DNA from: an uncultured Candidatus Saccharibacteria bacterium
Lineage (GTDB): Bacteria > Patescibacteriota > Minisyncoccia > Phycocordibacterales > UBA918
DNA: 64,000 nt
Direction: 5' to 3'
Assembly (NCBI GenBank): GCA_964350735.1
Contig: CAYGKO010000001.1
Location: 115,339 to 179,338, forward strand
Shown here piece by piece: positions 58,644 through 64,000 of this stretch. The translations under genes were made by a program, and so were the position numbers. The notes below the pieces were generated by a model that saw nothing but the letters and a program-made list of their open reading frames with translations, ran no database searches and was not told the DNA's origin. Each line of letters starts with the position of its first letter. Position 1 is the stretch's first letter.

Positions 58644-59399
58644 ATGAATACTCCCCTCCTAGAAAAACTCCAAGAATTTGGCCTGACCGACAAAGAAGCC
58701 CGGGTATATTTAGCGTCACTCGAGCTAGGCAGCACTACCGCTGACAAAATTTCCAAACAAGCAGACGTAAATCGTTCAACTACGTACGTGCAGATTGAAC
58801 AATTGATGGAGATGGGTTTGATGAGTACTCATGAAGAAGGTAAAAAGACGCTTTATACAGCAGAGTCACCTGATAATCTCAAACGTCTCTTTGAGAGAAA
58901 GCAAGAAGAGTTAAAGCAGAAGTCTAAAGCTTTGGAGAATTTTGTACCGGAATTGAGCCGTATATATGATAGTGCAGGTGAACGTCCAGTAGTTCGGTTC
59001 TTTCAAGGTAAATCAGGTGTTGCCACTATGAGAAATGAGATTTTAAAAGCAAAAGATAAAAGAGTCCTGGTAGCAACGTCTTTTGATGACCTTTGGAATA
59101 CATTCAGCGAAGAAGAGCTTATGAAATACAGTACCGCAAGAGCCAAGAAAAAGATTACCTCTTATGTTTTATATACAAAATCAGGAGAGGATGTCGCCCC
59201 TGTACCACCTTCAGAATTGCGGAGGGTATCGGAAAAAGAATTTCCGTTTGAGTGTGATGTGTATATATTTGATAATAAAGTGGCCATGGCGTCACTGAAA
59301 GAGCCTTTACATGCAGTTATTATTGAAAGTGCTCCACTGTCAAAAAGTATGCACTCAATTTTTAGATTAGCTTGGCGTAGTTCTGAGGTAAAAAAATAG
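58644..59399 (+). CDS. TrmB-family transcriptional regulator (N-terminal wHTH)
   Basis: LLEKLQEFGLTDKEARVYLASLELGSTTADKISKQADVNRSTTYVQIEQLMEMGLM is the TrmB HTH. Confidence 0.65.
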   Translation: MNTPLLEKLQEFGLTDKEARVYLASLELGSTTADKISKQADVNRSTTYVQIEQLMEMGLMSTHEEGKKTLYTAESPDNLKRLFERKQEELKQKSKALENFVPELSRIYDSAGERPVVRFFQGKSGVATMRNEILKAKDKRVLVATSFDDLWNTFSEEELMKYSTARAKKKITSYVLYTKSGEDVAPVPPSELRRVSEKEFPFECDVYIFDNKVAMASLKEPLHAVIIESAPLSKSMHSIFRLAWRSSEVKK

Positions 59400-59942
59400 C
59401 GGACACCTGATCAGTGAAGAAAAGATATCCGCCCCCTATGATGTCAGGGTACCCTCAATTGGGTTGATGCGTCGGTGAGCAGCCGACTTCTTGGAGGTTT
59501 GTTAATCCTCCAGACAGCCCAGGTTGTCAGCCCGAGCTGCGCTCTGGGTCGATACAGGCGGGTGAACTCATTTGAGCTCAAAGATCCCCGTCTGCAGTGC
59601 GGGGGTCTTACTGACCCATGCTGCACGACCCTTTCGCCGCCAGGGTCATCATCGACCCCTTAAGCCATAATGATGTGATCATTTCACATCTCCTATTTGG
59701 CTACCCAGCGTGAACTGCACGTGGGTGCGCTTCCTCTTTACCAAGGTTGGTCTGATTTAAACTACGCATTTAAGTCAGGAGGCACTACCTAATGTACTCT
59801 TTTTAAATAAACTGTCAATCATTTTTGACTAAATATCCACAGGTGTAGTAGATTATTTTCAATAAAACATAACAATATTTTTTGTCAAAAGTTGTTATAT
59901 AATAAGCCATTTTTAATACAAAAACGGGGTTTGGGGATAACT

Positions 59943-59962
59943 TTGTCAAAAAGTTTTGACAA
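59943..59962. promoter_or_regulatory. Perfect palindrome TTGTCAAAA-AG-TTTTGACAA, the central copy of at least 5 TTGAC(A/T)A half-sites (59824-60020)
   Basis: Additional copies: tttgactaaa 59824, ttgtcaaaag 59883, tagtcaat/gtgacaaat 60000-60020. Confidence 0.35.
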
Positions 59963-60050
59963 AAAATGACTTTCTCCTATACTTACCAACATCACTTTTA
60001 GTCAATAAAAAGTGACAAATAAATTTTAACTCAACTATTCACCTCTAACC

Positions 60051-60359
60051 ATGAAGCAACTACATTCACAGACGAACGTTGTGGCCCACGCCATCAACGC
60101 AGCGATACAACTAAGAAAAGTTAAGTTGTACCCCAGCGTTCGGGCAGTGACCGTAGTTGCCTACTACAAGGATCGAGATCGGCAGGCAGGAGATTATATC
60201 GGCAGAGCTTACTGCTTCGATTGGAAAAGCTTACGAGCCTACACCACTATGGTTATCCACAACAATCACACGCACGCCCCACCAACTGACGAGGAAGACC
60301 AGGAAGATGAGATCGAGTTGGCTCCCCCCGGAGAGCGACTACCAGCCATTGGCTACTAA
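60051..60359 (+). CDS. Hypothetical 102-aa protein
   Basis: No motif; downstream of the operator-like repeats. Confidence 0.3.
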   Translation: MKQLHSQTNVVAHAINAAIQLRKVKLYPSVRAVTVVAYYKDRDRQAGDYIGRAYCFDWKSLRAYTTMVIHNNHTHAPPTDEEDQEDEIELAPPGERLPAIGY

Positions 60360-60675
60360 GTAATTAACCAACCATGCATTCATACATTAAATCAGGCGTG
60401 CCACTAGGAGCCCACGCCCCACCAAGTCAGGAGTAGCAAAGCATTATCATCCATTAACTAAGGCAATCATGACACAAGCTACCACTATAAGCGCCAAACC
60501 TCCGTAACTGGAGTAATTAAAAAAGTCCACTAAACAAATTTCAATACGTAACATTATGAAAAACAAATACCACAACTTGCCTCCTCCACTAATCCCGGCC
60601 GCAGGGCCGAACTAAAGAAATGTAATCACCAATTTCAGCACCAGCGGGTGCTGTTTTTGGTGATGATGTATGGGC

Positions 60676-60705
60676 GTCGCAAATTACGGAGTAATTTTGC
60701 GACGC
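60676..60705. promoter_or_regulatory. 30-bp palindrome directly upstream of the recombinase gene (candidate recombination core site or operator)
   Basis: cgtcgcaaatt-acggag-taattttgcgacg: roughly 11-bp inverted arms around a 6-8 bp centre. Confidence 0.3.
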
Positions 60706-60726
60706 TTCCCTGCTACAATACTGGTA

Positions 60727-61644
60727 ATGAAATTAAGTGAGCTACAGCGTCAATTCTTGGAGTACTTAGAGATTGAACGGGGTCGGAGTGTGAAGACGGT
60801 TGAGAACTATGATCGCTATCTCAAGCGTTTCCTGGCATTCGCGAAGACTGATGACCCTAAGAAATTAACCGAAGAACAGGTGCGGGAATTTCGTCTCTGG
60901 CTTAATCGCCAAGATGGCACTAAGACCGGTGGCCGGATGGAGCCGATGAAGCGGCGTACCCAAAATTACTACTTGATTGCGCTCCGAGCCTTTTTGAAGT
61001 ATCTCCGCAAGCGTGACGTCGAATCACTCAACCCTGAACGGATTGAGTTAGCGAAAGTACCAGAGCGGTCGCTTGATCTAATTTCCCCTACGGAGCTAGC
61101 GCGGCTGATGAAAGCACCAGATACCACTACTCTGCCGGGGCTGCGAGATAAAGCGATTTTAGAACTCTTCTTCTCGACTGGCCTGCGTATTTCTGAACTC
61201 TGTGGACTATCAATAGATGATGTTGATCTCACTCGGGATGAATTCTCAGTGCGCGGTAAGGGTGACAAGGTGCGGGTAGTGTTTCTGTCTGATACCGCTA
61301 AAGACGCTATCAGGAAGTATCTTAAAGAACGGAAAGATATGAGCGATGCGCTCTTCATTCAGTATGGGAAAAACGCGAAGGGGGCGAAAGACTTACGTCT
61401 GTCGCCCCGCACCGTGCAACGCATGCTGAAGCAAGTAGCCGCCAAGGCCGGTATCACCCGCAAAGTCACCCCCCACGTCTTACGTCACAGTTTCGCCACC
61501 GACCTACTCAGTAACGGCGCCGACCTACGTTCCGTCCAAGCCCTTCTCGGCCACGCCAACATTGCCACCACCCAGGTCTACACCCACGTCACCGACAAAC
61601 ACCTGCGTGATGTCCATAAGAAGTTCCATGGAAAGGGTGGGTAA
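60727..61644 (+). CDS. Tyrosine recombinase, XerC/XerD family
   Basis: N-terminal SAM-like domain (LQRQFLEYLEIERGRSVKTVENY), catalytic R...K...HxxR...Y with C-terminus RHSFATDLLSNGADLRSVQALLGHANIATTQVYTHV, nearly XerD consensus. Confidence 0.8.
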   Translation: MKLSELQRQFLEYLEIERGRSVKTVENYDRYLKRFLAFAKTDDPKKLTEEQVREFRLWLNRQDGTKTGGRMEPMKRRTQNYYLIALRAFLKYLRKRDVESLNPERIELAKVPERSLDLISPTELARLMKAPDTTTLPGLRDKAILELFFSTGLRISELCGLSIDDVDLTRDEFSVRGKGDKVRVVFLSDTAKDAIRKYLKERKDMSDALFIQYGKNAKGAKDLRLSPRTVQRMLKQVAAKAGITRKVTPHVLRHSFATDLLSNGADLRSVQALLGHANIATTQVYTHVTDKHLRDVHKKFHGKGG

Positions 61645-61698
61645 AGAAAATAGGTGCATCAGGGATTGATGCACCTATTAAGAACAATTAGAAGCAGC

Positions 61699-61932
61699 TT
61701 ACTTATTTTTAAACACGATGACGATGTAAATAAGTGATGCGTTGACAATTAGATATATTCCACCCACCACCATAATCCAACCGGTGCGGTGGCCTGTCAT
61801 TATCCCGAGGCCGGTGCGACACGTCCATTCTCCTTCGAGATAGAAACCACCAAAAAATACTAATATAGGTCCGAGCACCGCGCCGGCAGCTAGGCTGCAG
61901 ACGGATAGTATACGCTGAGCTTTTGTCATCAT
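61699..61932 (-). CDS. Small hypothetical membrane protein
   Basis: 77 aa, two TM helices. Confidence 0.3.
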   Translation of the reverse strand: MMTKAQRILSVCSLAAGAVLGPILVFFGGFYLEGEWTCRTGLGIMTGHRTGWIMVVGGIYLIVNASLIYIVIVFKNK

Positions 61933-61948
61933 TTTCTTCCTTTAGTTT

Positions 61949-62470
61949 CTAGGTTTTAGTTTGTACAAAGAGCGGAGGAATGATCTCAAGGGCGTACCAC
62001 AGAGCGGGTAATGTTCCGGATTCTTTTTCCAGGCGTCCCCAGGCCATAAGTGTCATTTGTGGTATACCGAAACGATAGAAGATTGTGTGTTTAGGGTTTC
62101 CAAAGCACACAAAATATTCAAACGCTTCAGGAGGAATAAGCCGCAAGTAATCCAATGTTTGTACTTTACTGGCTGGATAGTTCAGTTCACCATTTTGATT
62201 TACTACTCGTGCTTGATTCCATCCCAACGTTTTAACCTCATTTTCTTTGGGAAGTAGTAACCAGCGAAAACCTTCTATTAGCAATCCATTGGGTTTTTCA
62301 GAAGGGTCGTACCCGTGTTTCTTCCAGTATTTTTCTTGCTCAGTAATAGATGGAATTGGCCTCCGCCTCGCTGACCGTACTTCTGGTGAAGCAACAAAGA
62401 CTGGAAGAAAAATTAATGCCAAAACAAGCAGAGTAAGGCAGAATCCGATCAAGATGCGCCAGGTTTCCAT
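61949..62470 (-). CDS. Hypothetical N-terminally anchored protein
   Basis: 173 aa, TM anchor ILIGFCLTLLVLALIFLPVFV. Confidence 0.35.
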   Translation of the reverse strand: METWRILIGFCLTLLVLALIFLPVFVASPEVRSARRRPIPSITEQEKYWKKHGYDPSEKPNGLLIEGFRWLLLPKENEVKTLGWNQARVVNQNGELNYPASKVQTLDYLRLIPPEAFEYFVCFGNPKHTIFYRFGIPQMTLMAWGRLEKESGTLPALWYALEIIPPLFVQTKT

Positions 62471-62642
62471 GGGGGTGTCCTTTCGAAGTTTGTTACATCT
62501 GCTCTTAATCTATTTCTTATTCTAAATAAATCAAATATAAATTATTTCTTTAAAAAATAAGCCTTATAGTAAAGCTTTTATACGGCAATAGTTTTGTCAT
62601 TAATTTTGGACGAAAAGATTTATTTATGCTAGTTTTGGAGTA

Positions 62643-63368
62643 ATGACACCAAAAATAAATAGTGTGCTATCTGAGTTTGGCTTAACTCAAAATGAAGCAG
62701 CTGCCTATGTGGCGCTGCTACAAATGGGTAAAGGTTCGGCTGATTCGGTGGCTTCGCGCGCTGAGATTAAACGATCGACAGCCTATTTGGCCCTAGAGTC
62801 GCTGTTGCGCCAGGGCTTTATTGGAAAAGTACCCCGGGCCCGAAAGATGCTTTTTATTGCTAAAGATCCGGAAGAGCTACGCGAACGTGAGCTGCATCGG
62901 ATGAAAGAGGTTGATCGCCTCGTTCCCCTTTTGCGCTCAATGGCCGCAGAGGCTAATCATTTCGGGACGCGTTTGTTTGAAGGGGTAGAAGGAATTAAGA
63001 GTGCCTACAACTTTAGACGAGAAGAATTACAGAATATTGAATACGTTGGCTTTTTTGGTTTTACCCCTGACCTGGATCCGGAACTGGAGTCGTTTATTGA
63101 AGACTGGAACGTTATTAACGCTGAACGAAATATTAGTTCCCGGGCCATCGTGCCGGAGCATAGTTCGCTCCAACATTTTCGGGCCTTGGATAGTGTACAT
63201 AAGCGTCAGGTAAAGGTGATTGCAAAAGAAGACTACCCTTCAAATATATCAATTGAAGTGTATGAAGATTTTATTCGGATTGTCTTATTTGCCGAGAAAG
63301 CGGCTTTAGTGATTGAAAGTAAGTCGCTGGCGACAGCAATGCGAGCAGTGTTTGAGATGGTGTGGTAA
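62643..63368 (+). CDS. TrmB-family transcriptional regulator, divergent paralogue of 58644-59399
   Basis: LSEFGLTQNEAAAYVALLQMGKGSADSVASRAEIKRSTAYLALESLLRQGFI HTH. Confidence 0.65.
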   Translation: MTPKINSVLSEFGLTQNEAAAYVALLQMGKGSADSVASRAEIKRSTAYLALESLLRQGFIGKVPRARKMLFIAKDPEELRERELHRMKEVDRLVPLLRSMAAEANHFGTRLFEGVEGIKSAYNFRREELQNIEYVGFFGFTPDLDPELESFIEDWNVINAERNISSRAIVPEHSSLQHFRALDSVHKRQVKVIAKEDYPSNISIEVYEDFIRIVLFAEKAALVIESKSLATAMRAVFEMVW

Positions 63369-63419
63369 ATAAAAACAGCGGCACCGATCGGTGCCGCTGT
63401 TTTTTCTTTGCCTCCCCTG

Positions 63420-63839
63420 TTACTCTAAGTTAACTTCAATCACGGCGTTCATACGCAGCATATCAATCAGGTTTTGTACGGCTTCTTGTTGGGTGTTGGC
63501 TTGGATTTGCTGTTCGATTTGTGGTGCTAGTTCTTCTAGTGACGGGACATTCTCGCCTGCTGGAATACTGTCGTAGAAGGCTTGGATTTCTTCTGCGGTT
63601 ACTTCCAGTTCGTTCAGTCCAGCTTCTGTGGTGATGTATTCGTCTACAATTAGTTGCTCTTCGATGTCAGCGTTGAGGTCAGCTGGAGTCATGTTTTGAC
63701 GCTCCAGTTCAGCTGCTAAAGCAGCTTCTCCACCAAATTGTTCTTGGATGAGAATGTATTGCTCAGCTACTGCTTCTGGAGTGGTGGTGATACCAGCTTC
63801 ACGAGCAGCTTCTAGAAATAAGGTGGTGTTTACCAGCAC
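63420..63839 (-). CDS. C-terminal part of a SurA/PrsA-like (PpiC-type chaperone N-domain-like) protein; gene may continue past the window end
   Basis: Acidic helical region resembling SurA N-terminal/trigger-factor-like chaperone domains; weak. Confidence 0.3.
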   Translation of the reverse strand: MLVNTTLFLEAAREAGITTTPEAVAEQYILIQEQFGGEAALAAELERQNMTPADLNADIEEQLIVDEYITTEAGLNELEVTAEEIQAFYDSIPAGENVPSLEELAPQIEQQIQANTQQEAVQNLIDMLRMNAVIEVNLE

Positions 63840-64000
63840 ATCGATGGCTTGCTCCTCAATTTGCGCTCGTACAGTAGGGTCAGTTGGTAGGGCACCTTGA
63901 GCTACGGCTAGTTCAGTCGTCCGAGCGACACTTTGTTCAAAGGTATCTGCTGAGATCTCAGTCCCATTTACGACAGCAACTACATCAGGATAGGCTGAGG

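Noticed and set aside
59440-59700. GC-rich structured stretch considered as RNase P RNA, tmRNA or SRP RNA
   Set aside because: None of the conserved motifs (GGAAAGUCCGGGC, tRNA-like 3' end with TTCGAATCC, GGAAGCAGCC) is present; kept only as an unassigned possible ncRNA or remnant in the findings.
1-64000. Alternative genetic code (UGA recoding, as in some CPR lineages)
   Set aside because: Housekeeping genes (polA, pnp, dnaA, tyrS, PBP) are intact and full-length under code 11, and TAA, TAG and TGA all terminate well-defined ORFs.
1-64000. CRISPR arrays or large tandem arrays
   Set aside because: No regularly spaced short direct repeats seen; the only tandem repeat is the 12-nt x5 coding repeat at 52516-52575.

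Overview
This 64 kb window is a gene-dense bacterial chromosomal segment that uses the standard genetic code. Genes are small and tightly packed, there is type IV pilus machinery (pilM, pilN, pilB), and there are no obvious large biosynthetic operons, so the source looks like a reduced-genome, CPR/Patescibacteria-like organism (inference). It contains the replication-origin neighbourhood (rnpA, rpmH, dnaA, dnaN, yidC, with DnaA-box-like repeats in the dnaA-dnaN spacer), a dense set of recombination and repair genes (ruvX, ruvA, ruvB, ruvC, polA, pcrA, holA), translation and RNA genes (rpsT, rpsO, rpmH, tyrS, tsaE, ksgA, pnp, three tRNAs), and cell-wall genes (murE, a class A PBP, a LysM-M23 peptidase). 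The main accessory feature is a roughly 12.5 kb co-directional minus-strand cluster at 27667-40222 that encodes a type IV secretion (T4SS)-like apparatus. It has a VirB4 ATPase split into two ORFs, VirB3- and VirB6-like membrane proteins, two VirB2/TrbC-topology pilin paralogues carrying unusual Cys-rich C-terminal extensions and a 100% identical 345-bp core, plus secreted and anchored proteins of unknown function. No VirD4, VirB11 or relaxase is present in the window. Other notable items are palindromic terminators that incorporate tRNA 3' ends and a duplicated tRNA-Arg 3' end; a scrambled tRNA-Ser-like element; an orphan promoter-to-terminator micro-unit; an M19 dipeptidase next to an unknown protein and a divergent ABC exporter; and a Xer-type recombinase flanked by two TrmB-family regulator paralogues with palindromic and operator-like repeats upstream. 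Product calls rest on motif recognition by eye; no database search was possible.
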